From a virus: a DNA stretch of 64,000 nucleotides. The notes under the pieces are model-generated. The model did no database searches, had not been told where the DNA came from, and worked only from the letters and a program-made list of their open reading frames with translations. The stretch covers positions 94,263 to 158,262 of the IMG/VR virus record IMGVR_UViG_3300014208_000003. The stretch is one strand, 5' to 3'. The translations under genes and the position numbers were made by a program. Shown piece by piece: positions 28,872-38,307 of the stretch (positions within the stretch are counted from its first letter, which is position 1; every line of letters starts with the position of its first letter).

Positions 28872-31133
28872 TCATTTTTCCTTCTTTCTTAAAAATGTTG
28901 ATAATGTTGGTTTTACTAGATTTATAACACCCCAGCCCATTACATCATAAAATCTTTGAATCTTATCCTGAAATGTTTTGTTCCATTGTATTTCAAAATC
29001 TATCTTGAAATTATTTTTGATATATTCCGGACAGTTCCCAATAAATCCAATGACATCTTGTTTCAGAATATTGTTTGTAGTACAGTAATAATATCTAATC
29101 TTACTTCCGGAATCTACTTGCTGATTAGGTATGTTAAAATGTTTTATTATAGCATTGTAATTGATACCTGCTCTTGAAGCCATTGGTGTATGAGGTTTGA
29201 AACAATTACCTTCAAGAATTGTTTTCATTATATTTTGGGATTGAATATCGTACTTACCAAAATCAGATATACCTTTAGGAGAAGCAATTTTTTCAATGGA
29301 CTGTTTACAAAATTCTGCTTTAAGTTTAGTTAGATATTCGGTGACTTTAATCCGATCCTTACTTTCCATAATCAATTCAATCATAGACAATAATTTTTCT
29401 CTGCACCATGAAGGAGTATCGGATCTTACAACTTCTATTCCGGTAATTGCTAGTTTAGGTTTATCGTATATTTTATGTTCTTTTGCAAGCATTCTAATAG
29501 CATATTTTTTCTTGGCTTGTATGAACATCGCATCGGCTATTTTATCACGTTGGAATTTAATACGATTTTCAATATTATACTTAGCACAAAATATATCCAG
29601 CATCTTCTTGAATAATGGTTCCAAAACTGTTTTATCCAAGTCTAAAGCAAAATCTAAAAATGAACGTTTATCCTCTAATGTCTCTTGAAGTTCCTTTACA
29701 GAATAATAATTGCTGTCCGTATCGATAAGTTGACATGGTGCGAGTTTCAAAGGTTGCTTCCCGAACTTTTTTGGATAATGGTTCTGAAGATAATCATTAG
29801 TATTGTTCGCAAGATATTTTATAATAGTCTGCCCGAAACCCGTAATAACTCTGGCATGGTTTATATTATAGAAGTTAAAATAGGGACTTGACATGATGCC
29901 ATACAAACTATTTATTGCGATCTTTCGGATATACTGCATACGATCATAATATTCTTCTCCTACCTTATCTCCTTTTAAACCACACTCTTTCTGCAATTTT
30001 TTAAAACGAATTCTATCATTAAAAATATTCTCAGTAACTTCCGCAATAATTCCCTTTTTAGATTTATCATAATACACACCAGCGATAGGAGTTTTTATTA
30101 ACATTCCTTTTGCTTCTAACTCTGCTCTTCTCTCACACTCATCTTGCATAACAATAGTAGTAGCACACATATTCGTTGCCATAATAATTGACGGATAAAG
30201 GCTCTGAACATCATAACTAATAATATTCTCATAAAAGCCTTGATTCGCCATAACATAAGCACCATCAAATTGTTCTTTATGAAAATCTCCTTTATCAGAC
30301 ACTACCATATTTTTATTGTGCAATGCCTTCATAACATAACCAGTCAAAACCGCTACAGAAGAAAAGATAGATTCAAACGGACATAATGATTCGTAACACA
30401 TTGTAATAGCTAATCCGATATATTTCATCTTAGCATCTAGTTTAATTATTAGATTTACGTCCTGAATATTATACTCTACAAACTTATTCCAATCAGTTTT
30501 CCAAATAGTGTTTATCGTACCATCAAATTCTAACTTACCCTCATTAATTTCATGCATACAAACAGAATTCAAATTATATGACTCTAGTTTCTCTTGCTGG
30601 AATTTTTTATAAAGATCCATATAATCTAAACAGGCAATTCCACCTATCTTATTTTCCCATACTTTAGTCATCTTCCCTTTAGAATCATATTTTTCTTTTT
30701 GTTCTGTTTTCCATTTGTGTATAGGCGACATCGTTCCTTCAACACCTAATTTCTGGCATCGATTTATTAAGTAAGGTATATCAAATTGTGAAGAAAACCA
30801 TCCCGAAAGAACTTGTATATTAGACTTCCGGAACCATCTACAAAACTTCTCTAACATTTCCTTTTCATCGGGATTGTAATAATAGTTTTTTGTAATAGTA
30901 GTATCATCAAGAGGGTATAGACCAAATGTATAGAACTCACTTGTTTTTGATAAGTAAACCGTTATTAGATTGATAGGGAAATTAGCATCTTCTGGCTTGG
31001 GAAAAACGGGTGCAACATAATAACAACTATCTTTAAATAAACACCATTTATTAGATTTTTCATCCCATATTTCATAATCATTAGAATTATATCGTTGTTC
31101 AAACTCTTTTATGGATATGTATGTTTCCGACAT
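28872..31133 (-). CDS. Family B DNA polymerase, large C-terminal fragment (gp43-like)
   Basis: FDIPYL, YNIQDV, YDVQSLYPS, KIAINSLYG, IDTDS, KKKYA; lacks the ExoI DIE motif. Confidence 0.93.
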   Translation of the reverse strand: MSETYISIKEFEQRYNSNDYEIWDEKSNKWCLFKDSCYYVAPVFPKPEDANFPINLITVYLSKTSEFYTFGLYPLDDTTITKNYYYNPDEKEMLEKFCRWFRKSNIQVLSGWFSSQFDIPYLINRCQKLGVEGTMSPIHKWKTEQKEKYDSKGKMTKVWENKIGGIACLDYMDLYKKFQQEKLESYNLNSVCMHEINEGKLEFDGTINTIWKTDWNKFVEYNIQDVNLIIKLDAKMKYIGLAITMCYESLCPFESIFSSVAVLTGYVMKALHNKNMVVSDKGDFHKEQFDGAYVMANQGFYENIISYDVQSLYPSIIMATNMCATTIVMQDECERRAELEAKGMLIKTPIAGVYYDKSKKGIIAEVTENIFNDRIRFKKLQKECGLKGDKVGEEYYDRMQYIRKIAINSLYGIMSSPYFNFYNINHARVITGFGQTIIKYLANNTNDYLQNHYPKKFGKQPLKLAPCQLIDTDSNYYSVKELQETLEDKRSFLDFALDLDKTVLEPLFKKMLDIFCAKYNIENRIKFQRDKIADAMFIQAKKKYAIRMLAKEHKIYDKPKLAITGIEVVRSDTPSWCREKLLSMIELIMESKDRIKVTEYLTKLKAEFCKQSIEKIASPKGISDFGKYDIQSQNIMKTILEGNCFKPHTPMASRAGINYNAIIKHFNIPNQQVDSGSKIRYYYCTTNNILKQDVIGFIGNCPEYIKNNFKIDFEIQWNKTFQDKIQRFYDVMGWGVINLVKPTLSTFLRKKEK

Positions 31134-31153
31134 ATTAACCTTTATGTAAAAAT

Positions 31154-32032
31154 TTATTTCTCAATTTTATCATTCTTGTGCGCGGTTTTGGTTTTTTTTT
31201 CCTTTAGAAATAGTTCAAATTCTTCATCTGTCATGGAAGCGTATCGTTTACCCATAATTGTTTGTTGATTTGTTTGTTTCCCCTTTTTTCCAGCAGATAT
31301 AGATAGTCCACGTTGTATAGGATCTGCTGTTCGTAACGATTTGTCTAATCTTGCGATTTGTTCTTCTTTGGTTAATTTATTTATAAATTTTTTGATAGAT
31401 ATTGAACTTTTAATATACATTTCGGGTGGATGATTTTTTTTATATTCTTCTTGACGAATTTTCTTATTCTCTTCTGATTCATTCTCGTAAAATTTTCTCA
31501 GGGATGATATTCTTTTTTCTCTAACTTCTGGTCTCAGTTGAATCATTCTTATTCTCTCGGATCTACAACGTTTCGATTCTTCTGGTTCATTCGCATAAAA
31601 CTTTTTCATTCCTTCTACAGACTTTTTAATACGTGCTTGGTTTTCTTCTTCGGACAAAGAAGCATAATATTTTCTAACACCAATCGAAATTTTTTCTGCT
31701 ATTTCTTTGTTTTTGGTTGGATGATTTTCCGCATATAATTTTCTCATATATTCAATATCCTGCAAACCCATTCTATTTCCATTATGACTATCTACCGACA
31801 TATATCTAAATGCACATATTAATTTCATTCTATATTCTGTATTATAATAAATTTTTACTAATAAATGATGAGCTACATAATGTTCTTTTACTCTTAACTT
31901 AACAATATTTTCTGCGCCGTTATTTCCTCCTACACATTTTGGTATTATATGATGTTTTTCATAATATCCATCGGTATAATCTCGTTTCTTTGCGGTTTCT
32001 ATCAAATTATCATAACATTTTTTGTAATTCAT
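31154..32032 (-). mobile_element. MobE-like HNH homing endonuclease splitting the polymerase gene
   Basis: MNYKKCYDNLI..EKHHIIPKCVGG..ENIVKL..EHYVAHHLL. Confidence 0.88.
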
Positions 32033-32035
32033 GTT

Positions 32036-32076
32036 GACTCCTTTTATAACTATTTAGATTAGTTATAAAGGGAATC
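32036..32076 (-). promoter_or_regulatory. Late promoter CTAAATA in an RBS-occluding hairpin
   Basis: GATTCCCTTTATAACTA-ATCTAAA-TAGTTATAAAAGGAGTC hairpin just before the HNH ATG. Confidence 0.7.
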
Positions 32077-32083
32077 TCTATAT

Positions 32084-32479
32084 CTACCTCTTTCTTATTT
32101 TTATTTTATGAGAAGAAGAAAATCCGGTGTCCCCTACTCCGATCTCTATGTCAAAAAAAGCAACATTAAAATTATTCAGATTCGGTGTTATATCTCTTTT
32201 TTCGTATTTGTGTTGTAAAAAGGAGAGTTCTTTCTGAATATCTGTTTCGCAAAGATAAACATTGGCAGCTTTCTTATTCTTTATTTCCTGATATTCTTCC
32301 TGATATTTTTTTATAACAGGTACACCATATATATCTGTTATTTCCGATTGTCCTGTTTGATCCTTTTCGTAATATATATGTCTGTATTTGTCTATATGAT
32401 GTTTGACTTTTCCGTTAGCATCAAATTCCCAAAAATGAAATTTCCTGTCATCATAATCATAGTAAGTTCCTGCAAACAT
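32084..32479 (-). CDS. Family B DNA polymerase, N-terminal fragment
   Basis: TDIYGVPV, ETDI and ExoI VAFFDIEI motif near the C-terminus. Confidence 0.85.
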   Translation of the reverse strand: MFAGTYYDYDDRKFHFWEFDANGKVKHHIDKYRHIYYEKDQTGQSEITDIYGVPVIKKYQEEYQEIKNKKAANVYLCETDIQKELSFLQHKYEKRDITPNLNNFNVAFFDIEIGVGDTGFSSSHKIKIRKR

Positions 32480-32486
32480 TAACCCT

Positions 32487-32918
32487 CTATTTCTTTTTTA
32501 ATTCTGGATTCTCAAAAATATTCCCGACAATTTTCACATATTGCTCCTCGTAAACACTTTCTCCACCATTTTTTTCAACACACCAACTAGACCATCTTGA
32601 ACAAACATCGTCTTTAGAACGAGGAAAATAATAAGTATATCCGTTATCTTCTTTCTCCCATACATCACAACCATCTTTTCCGTCGTTACTTGTTACCAGA
32701 ATGTCACCTTCATATATTCTTTTACCAGTCTTATCTTTAAAATCGGTTTCAAAACATACTACAAAATATTTTTCTATACACGAAATTATATTACCGTCAA
32801 TATTTTTATGATACAACTTTCCATCTTGTCCTATAAAGAAATCAGGAACTATATCTTTTTTAGTTCTCTTATTAATAAAAAGTTTGTTTTGTTTATCCCA
32901 TACTCTAAATTTTTTCAT
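32487..32918 (-). CDS. YopX-family protein
   Basis: KFRVWDK, KDKTGKRIYEGDI, IVGNIFENPEL. Confidence 0.85.
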   Translation of the reverse strand: MKKFRVWDKQNKLFINKRTKKDIVPDFFIGQDGKLYHKNIDGNIISCIEKYFVVCFETDFKDKTGKRIYEGDILVTSNDGKDGCDVWEKEDNGYTYYFPRSKDDVCSRWSSWCVEKNGGESVYEEQYVKIVGNIFENPELKKK

Positions 32919-33570
32919 TCGTGTTCCTCCAAATCAATAACATTATTCTCAAAAAATACTTCAGGCATTCCGTTAAACATTCCATCACCAAAAATAAGCA
33001 TAACATCCCACAATTCGGTTATCAAATATCCATCTTTCAAAGGAGGAATACGAACGGGCATTCTAGATATACTATATAGTTTTTTATAATGATTTTCGTA
33101 ATGCTTCAGACCACTTTTCGTAAGCTTGATTTTAACAGTATCATTTATGTTTATTCGCATTCAATCTCCGTTATAAAACCCAAATGTCTCAAAACTTCAT
33201 CTAATATCAAATCAAGTTTATAGTAATCGCCTTGTGAAACTTTTATACCGTCGATAAAAACATCAGTACCGAAAGTAGTACAACATCCATCTCCGCAAGT
33301 GTGCTCCCAATCAGAAAGCTTTATTTTTATTTTCTTGTTCTTTGGCATTTTTTATTATTGTGTAAAGTTTATCGAGATTTTCTAGTGTTGAGAATGATCT
33401 GTATGCAAAAATACCCAACGATGCACCTAATATTTGTCCACCATATTTTATCTCGAAGAAGTAAAAAAATAAGGAAACAATTAACAAAAAATAAGCCATT
33501 GTCCAAGAAAACAATCCATCAAAAATCTTTTCAATAATCTTCATACAAACTCCTTTAATAATGTGATATT

Positions 33571-33598
33571 AATATAACCACATTGTATCAGGAATCAA
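33571..33598 (-). promoter_or_regulatory. Promoter TTGATT-N16-TATATT
   Basis: Near-identical to 14137-14164. Confidence 0.6.
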
Positions 33599-33646
33599 GA
33601 CCCTTTACCGAGAATTTTTTCAGTTTCTTTTCTTTTTCCATCTGAC

Positions 33647-34924
33647 TCAAAAAAGTTCCGCAAACAGCACAATCCAAAACAACATTAAACTGACATTCTC
33701 CCACGAATGAATTCGTGAGGTTCTTGTTTCCCTGAATCCGTTCGATAGGAACACGGATGTTCTTCTCTCGCGTTTGTTTGATTCTCCACAAGCGTAAATT
33801 CCCCTCTGCCCGAGGGTACTCAATCCTTCAGTTTCTATATTCCAACTTGCCTGTTCATCTCTGTCCTGTGTATGACCACAGCTAGGACAAACGAAGATTC
33901 TATCTTTTAGTGTTAACCCCTTATGGATTTCACCACAGACACTACAAAGTTTAGAGGAGGGAAACCATCTATTGATTTTAACTATCTCCCCTCCGTACCA
34001 TTTGACTTTGTATTCAAGTTGTTTCTTGATCTCCGAGAAAGAGGCATCCGCTACTGACTTTGACAGTTTGCGGTTCTTCAACATGCCTTTAACATTGAGA
34101 TCTTCTATAACAATATACCTCGGTTTGGTTTTCACCAAGTTAGATGTTATTTTATGTAAATTGTCTTTTCTGCAATTTGAAATTTTGTAGTGGATCTTCT
34201 GGACTCTCTTGATGGCTTTCTTTCTGTTTTGAGATCCTTTCTTCGTTCTGGATAGCCTTCTCTGCTGTCTACGGAGTTTCTTGGCGTACTTTCTGGTATT
34301 CTTTGGATTATCGAACGTCTGCCCATTTGAAGCAACCACAAGGGTTTTAATTCCGACGTCAATTCCAATAGCTGTCTCTGGCTTTGGTGCATCATGCATT
34401 TTAACTTCACAGTTTACAGATGCAAAATATCTCCCTGCTTGTTTTGAGATTGCGACGCTATAATATTTCACTGCGTTCAATGGGATGTAGTCCAATTCTT
34501 TTAATTTAACATCTCCGAGTTTTGCAAGGAAAATAGAATTGTCGTTTAGATGAAATCCGTTGTTCTGGAGTCTGAAAGAATCTCTGCTTTTGCCTTTACA
34601 TTTGAATTGAGGAAAACCAACTTTTCCTTTCTTTAAACCACGGAAGAAGTTCTTATATGCAACGTCTACATTTTTTAGAGACTGTTGGAGTGTTATAACA
34701 GAAACGTCATTTAAGTAGGAAAATTCTTCTGTTTCTTTCAATTTGGTTAGATCTTTACACAAGCTAAAGAAGGATAGAGACTTCTTTGTTTCCTCGTAGA
34801 ATTTCTTCTTCCGTTCTAAACCCATATTGAAGACTTTCCTGACACAACCAAACGTTTGTTCCATTAAGATCTTTTGTTCTTCTGTGGGATTTAATTCTAC
34901 TCTGAAGGCTCTAGAAACTATCAT
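33647..34924 (-). CDS. tnpB: TnpB RNA-guided endonuclease (IS200/IS605 OrfB)
   Basis: HTH_OrfB N-terminus, GIDVGIK, IVIEDLNV, CSVCG..CPSCG, DRDEQAS; RuvC D-E-D intact. Confidence 0.93.
   Translation of the reverse strand: MIVSRAFRVELNPTEEQKILMEQTFGCVRKVFNMGLERKKKFYEETKKSLSFFSLCKDLTKLKETEEFSYLNDVSVITLQQSLKNVDVAYKNFFRGLKKGKVGFPQFKCKGKSRDSFRLQNNGFHLNDNSIFLAKLGDVKLKELDYIPLNAVKYYSVAISKQAGRYFASVNCEVKMHDAPKPETAIGIDVGIKTLVVASNGQTFDNPKNTRKYAKKLRRQQRRLSRTKKGSQNRKKAIKRVQKIHYKISNCRKDNLHKITSNLVKTKPRYIVIEDLNVKGMLKNRKLSKSVADASFSEIKKQLEYKVKWYGGEIVKINRWFPSSKLCSVCGEIHKGLTLKDRIFVCPSCGHTQDRDEQASWNIETEGLSTLGQRGIYACGESNKRERRTSVFLSNGFRETRTSRIHSWENVSLMLFWIVLFAELF
33691..33830 (-). ncRNA. Putative TnpB omega-RNA scaffold
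   Basis: Overlaps the tnpB 3' end up to the right-end hairpin; the guide would start near GTTTAATGTTG; 5' boundary approximate. Confidence 0.55.
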
Positions 34925-34935
34925 CTGCTTCCTCT

Positions 34936-35020
34936 CTAAATATTTCCGGTGAGACAGATAGATTACTTCCGTCTATTTGGTTACTGATTATAACCTAATC
35001 ACCACTTTAATAGTATTTAG
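34936..35020 (-). promoter_or_regulatory. Three-way-junction element with inverted CTAAATA boxes (copy B)
   Basis: GGTGA-TTA-GGTTA/TAACC-AA-ATAGA/TCTAT-CTGTC-TCACC. Confidence 0.75.
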
Positions 35021-35119
35021 TATTCAAAAAACCAAGTGAGTATACGAAATTACAATCATTCTTGTTCGCTTTCATCCCACGACTGTTTCCCGCTATAGAT
35101 CGTAATCTGAGTTTTGATA

Positions 35120-36004
35120 TCAACCATTTTCTGACATCTTGGACACCATCTCATCCCGAATTCCTTTGCTAATCTTCTCCACCATTTCCATCACATCATT
35201 TCCGACTACCTGTTTAGTACCAGCAGCTTTCGCATGACCACCACCAACATCTAATTTCCGGAGAAGTACACCAATATTTAAATTTGTTACAGTCCTTATT
35301 GAGATAGTGCTTCGTTTAACATTATAACAGAAAGAAAACTTATATCCTTTTTCTTCCATCATTCTGTGACATAAATCATTCAGGAAATCTTCGGCAAAAA
35401 AGAAACAACCATTAATATCCTTAAGTTCTACAATATCCAGATTATTATAAAGATTATTCAAAACCTCTTTCTGAGCATTTACATAATCATTTTCTTCATC
35501 ATTAAAAACCATATTACCATCAAGGAACCGTTCAAAAAATAATTTCTCTTTATACTTCTGGAACATACAATTCAGATCCCACGAAAACGGATATTTCAGA
35601 ATCCACATATCATAATCATTAACAAGCTGTACAAAAGAATGAAACGGAGTATAATCAAAATCAAAAGTCTTATCCAACCATTCAGCAACTAAAGCAGTAC
35701 CACACCTAGTAATATCAATAAAACGGTTTTCTTTTGGACAACTTAATTCGATAGCAGATTCATGATGATCTATGTATATAATTTTTGGATGTTTTAATAG
35801 CTCGTGATTTGTTGGAGAAAGGTCTGAAACAATAACATAATCAAAGGCATTAAAATCAATATTCTGGAACTTCTCGTCGATTTCATAATAGCCCCAATTA
35901 TAGTACGAAATATTATGAAAATAGTTTGCTAATAAAATCTGACAACCAACACCATCTAAATCATTGTGTGAAATAGATAATACTTTAGAATTTTTATTTA
36001 TCAT
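35120..36004 (-). CDS. DHH-family phosphoesterase
   Basis: SHNDLDG, VSDL, IDHH, GGGHAKAAG. Confidence 0.88.
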   Translation of the reverse strand: MINKNSKVLSISHNDLDGVGCQILLANYFHNISYYNWGYYEIDEKFQNIDFNAFDYVIVSDLSPTNHELLKHPKIIYIDHHESAIELSCPKENRFIDITRCGTALVAEWLDKTFDFDYTPFHSFVQLVNDYDMWILKYPFSWDLNCMFQKYKEKLFFERFLDGNMVFNDEENDYVNAQKEVLNNLYNNLDIVELKDINGCFFFAEDFLNDLCHRMMEEKGYKFSFCYNVKRSTISIRTVTNLNIGVLLRKLDVGGGHAKAAGTKQVVGNDVMEMVEKISKGIRDEMVSKMSENG

Positions 36005-36243
36005 CTGTTCTCCTCTTTAAATCTTTCTAAATCAATTTCGAAAAAAGGATCTTGTAACACTTTATCAAACTTTTTTATAACTTCTTTCGGAACATCCTTT
36101 TCAGCGATTTCAAACATTTTATTGAATTTAAGCAGATTGAGAATTGGTATAGATTTTTTTTCGTACCACCCAACAATTATCAAACAAATATTATCTTCAA
36201 TCTTCATCCAATAATTCGATCCCATCCTCTCCCAATATCTCAT
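36001..36243 (-). CDS. PFFEIDL-tag family
   Basis: EKDVPKEV..LQDPFFEIDLERF. Confidence 0.8.
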   Translation of the reverse strand: MRYWERMGSNYWMKIEDNICLIIVGWYEKKSIPILNLLKFNKMFEIAEKDVPKEVIKKFDKVLQDPFFEIDLERFKEENR

Positions 36244-36470
36244 TTATTATTTTCCGACCATCTTTTCAAATCTATCTCAAAGTATGGATCTTTAGTATAT
36301 TTGATGAACTTATTTTTAATCTGCTCTGGAACATTATAGTCACCTTCTTCTTCAAAACGTTTACAAAAATTAACACCGCTAATTGTAAAAGGAGCCGAAT
36401 ACATTACTATTCCTTTCCACCTACAATAATAGAAAAGACCGAATGAACCAAACTCATATTGATTCTGCAT
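36240..36470 (-). CDS. PFFEIDL-tag family
   Basis: NVPEQI..DPYFEIDLKRW. Confidence 0.8.
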   Translation of the reverse strand: MQNQYEFGSFGLFYYCRWKGIVMYSAPFTISGVNFCKRFEEEGDYNVPEQIKNKFIKYTKDPYFEIDLKRWSENNK

Positions 36471-36471
36471 T

Positions 36472-36729
36472 TTAACCTATCCACTTTGCTAAATCAATTT
36501 CGAAAAAAGGATTATCAATATAGTTCCGGAATGCTTCTTGAATATGGTTCGGAATATCGTTGTTGTGGTGTTCTCTGTATTCATTAATATAATTTCTAAA
36601 TCCCAGAATTCCACCACGATATATTAACCAAATATCTACGGTTTTTTTGTGACATAAAAATATTCTGGCATATTCGGGCGCATTGGAAAAACCTCCTAGA
36701 AAGAAACCTTTCGTAACATCAATTTTCAC
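36472..36729 (-). CDS. PFFEIDL-tag family
   Basis: DIPNHI..NPFFEIDLAKW. Confidence 0.8.
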   Translation of the reverse strand: MKIDVTKGFFLGGFSNAPEYARIFLCHKKTVDIWLIYRGGILGFRNYINEYREHHNNDIPNHIQEAFRNYIDNPFFEIDLAKWIG

Positions 36730-36994
36730 TAATAAACCTCGCTAAATCTATCTCAAAGAAAGGATCATTAATATAATTCAGGAATAATTTTTTAATAAAT
36801 TCCGGAAGAGGGATTCCCAACACGTTTTTTGTAAATTCCCATATAAAATAAACTCTTTGTGATTGTTCGTTCCATTTTAAAAATAAATGTCTATAATTAC
36901 TTTTTTTATAATTCAAATCCAGTAACGCATAATTTGTCATAGTAGAACAAGTATATATTCCTTTTGTAATATCTATATTTTCAAGAATTTTCAC
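36719..36994 (-). CDS. PFFEIDL-tag family
   Basis: LPEFI..DPFFEIDLARF. Confidence 0.8.
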   Translation of the reverse strand: MKILENIDITKGIYTCSTMTNYALLDLNYKKSNYRHLFLKWNEQSQRVYFIWEFTKNVLGIPLPEFIKKLFLNYINDPFFEIDLARFISEN

Positions 36995-37298
36995 TGATAA
37001 ACCTTTCCAAATCTATCTCAAAGAATGGATCCGAAATCTTATCATTAACTGCTTTTCGAACTTCTTCCGGAACATCTTTTTCATCATATTCTAACATACC
37101 ATTATTATCACTGTATTTTCTATCATTCCAACTATCCCAAGTAAATTCAAATATTACCTTTCCTCCAAACATAGTAACATATTGTAATCCGAAACTTTTG
37201 GTATATTTTTTATCTATCTTAACTCTTTTCAAAATAATAAACCAGTCATTATCCGGAGGTGCAAAAAGATAAATCGGTTTCAAAATGATCGAATCCAT
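36981..37298 (-). CDS. PFFEIDL-tag family
   Basis: EKDVPEEV..DPFFEIDLERF. Confidence 0.8.
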   Translation of the reverse strand: MDSIILKPIYLFAPPDNDWFIILKRVKIDKKYTKSFGLQYVTMFGGKVIFEFTWDSWNDRKYSDNNGMLEYDEKDVPEEVRKAVNDKISDPFFEIDLERFISENS

Positions 37299-38074
37299 TT
37301 TTCAAGATCTATTTCGAAAAAAGGATCGGCAAGCTTTTCTTTAACACCTTTCACAATATCTTCCGGAACATCTTTTTCAAAAATTGGCTTGCAATGCTGT
37401 TCAAAAATTCTTTTATTTATTCTTTTAAATTTGATGTTATTCTTCCCACGATAATCTAATGCTATTAAATAATCAGAAATGCCCGATATAAAAGATTTCC
37501 CAAGCATATAATTGTTAAAACTCACATTTGTACTTATAAAACAAAACCATCTTCCTTCAATCTCTTTTAATTTATGTTGTTCAAGCATTTTCCGTAATTC
37601 TGGCACGTGATTTTCTACAGGTAATTTTCCACAACAATCTGCCTCACATAATTTTAAAATGTATTCCAGATCATCTCCACATTTTAACAGGAATTTTTTA
37701 ATAGCCTTTCTTGTAGGATTCTTCCGGATTAAATGTGGTCTCATGTGATTGTCAATAATATTCGAAACCTTTATTGCAATATCTTTTTCAATTCCTTCTC
37801 TCTTCATTATTTCATAAGCAAGTCTGGAACCTATTTTCTCGTGATTGTAAAAAGTAATCTTATCACCGTTTATTGATTGTGCTTTTGGTTTACCTATATC
37901 ATGAAACAATGCCGCTAACTGTAAAATATAATCATCCGGAAAATGGGTTTGAACATATTCCAAAACTAGCATTGAATGTATATGTGGGTCGCCTTCGCAA
38001 TGATGTTTTCCATGTTCAACGCCTATCATTGCAAGAACTTCCGGAAGTGCCTTTAAATGGTCTATATCGGTCAT
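37280..38074 (-). CDS. HD-domain protein fused to a PFFEIDL-tag module
   Basis: HHCEGD..HS, LFHDIGK, FYNHE, NHM, EAD; C-terminal EKDVPEDI..DPFFEIDLEKW. Confidence 0.8.
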   Translation of the reverse strand: MTDIDHLKALPEVLAMIGVEHGKHHCEGDPHIHSMLVLEYVQTHFPDDYILQLAALFHDIGKPKAQSINGDKITFYNHEKIGSRLAYEIMKREGIEKDIAIKVSNIIDNHMRPHLIRKNPTRKAIKKFLLKCGDDLEYILKLCEADCCGKLPVENHVPELRKMLEQHKLKEIEGRWFCFISTNVSFNNYMLGKSFISGISDYLIALDYRGKNNIKFKRINKRIFEQHCKPIFEKDVPEDIVKGVKEKLADPFFEIDLEKWIRSF

Positions 38075-38307
38075 TTATTAACCTTACTACTTTTAAATTT
38101 TGCTAATTCAATTTCAAAAAATGGATTCTCGATATATTCCCGAACACTTTTTACAATCTCTTCCGGAACATCTTTTTCTAGAATTTTGAATTCGATATTG
38201 CTAATTCCATACGATAATGATTTTAATCCATCGTGCCTTACATATATCCAAAAATTTGGTTCTACTTTATACCAATACGCATCCGACACAGTTTCCCAAT
38301 AATTCAT
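38071..38307 (-). CDS. PFFEIDL-tag family
   Basis: EKDVPEEI..NPFFEIELAKF. Confidence 0.8.
   Translation of the reverse strand: MNYWETVSDAYWYKVEPNFWIYVRHDGLKSLSYGISNIEFKILEKDVPEEIVKSVREYIENPFFEIELAKFKSSKVNK

Larger units (their letters stand above)
33689..35085 (-). mobile_element. Non-autonomous IS200/IS605-family element (no tnpA)
   Basis: Right-end hairpin CTCACGAATTCATTCGTGGGAGAATGTCA; half left-end CAGTCGTGGGATGAAAGCG. Confidence 0.7.

Noticed and set aside
31134-32083. Group I intron in the polymerase gene
   Set aside because: Only ~20 and ~50 nt flank the HNH ORF, leaving no room for a ribozyme core.
33660-33690. TnpB guide targeting another site in this window
   Set aside because: I found no second match to GTTTAATGTTGTTTTGG by eye; the guide is simply the flanking sequence.
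33588-33791. 67-aa ORF as an independent gene
   Set aside because: Its 5' half lies in the omega-RNA/right end; only the 3' part is plausibly the remnant of an interrupted gene.
34936-35020. Hammerhead ribozyme identity for the three-way-junction element
   Set aside because: The junction lacks the CUGANGA/GAAA core on either strand; CTGATTA occurs only in a hairpin loop of two copies.
36001-38307. Diversity-generating retroelement or integron behind the PFFEIDL array
   Set aside because: No reverse transcriptase, integrase, attC sites or adenine-specific TR/VR pair was seen in the window.
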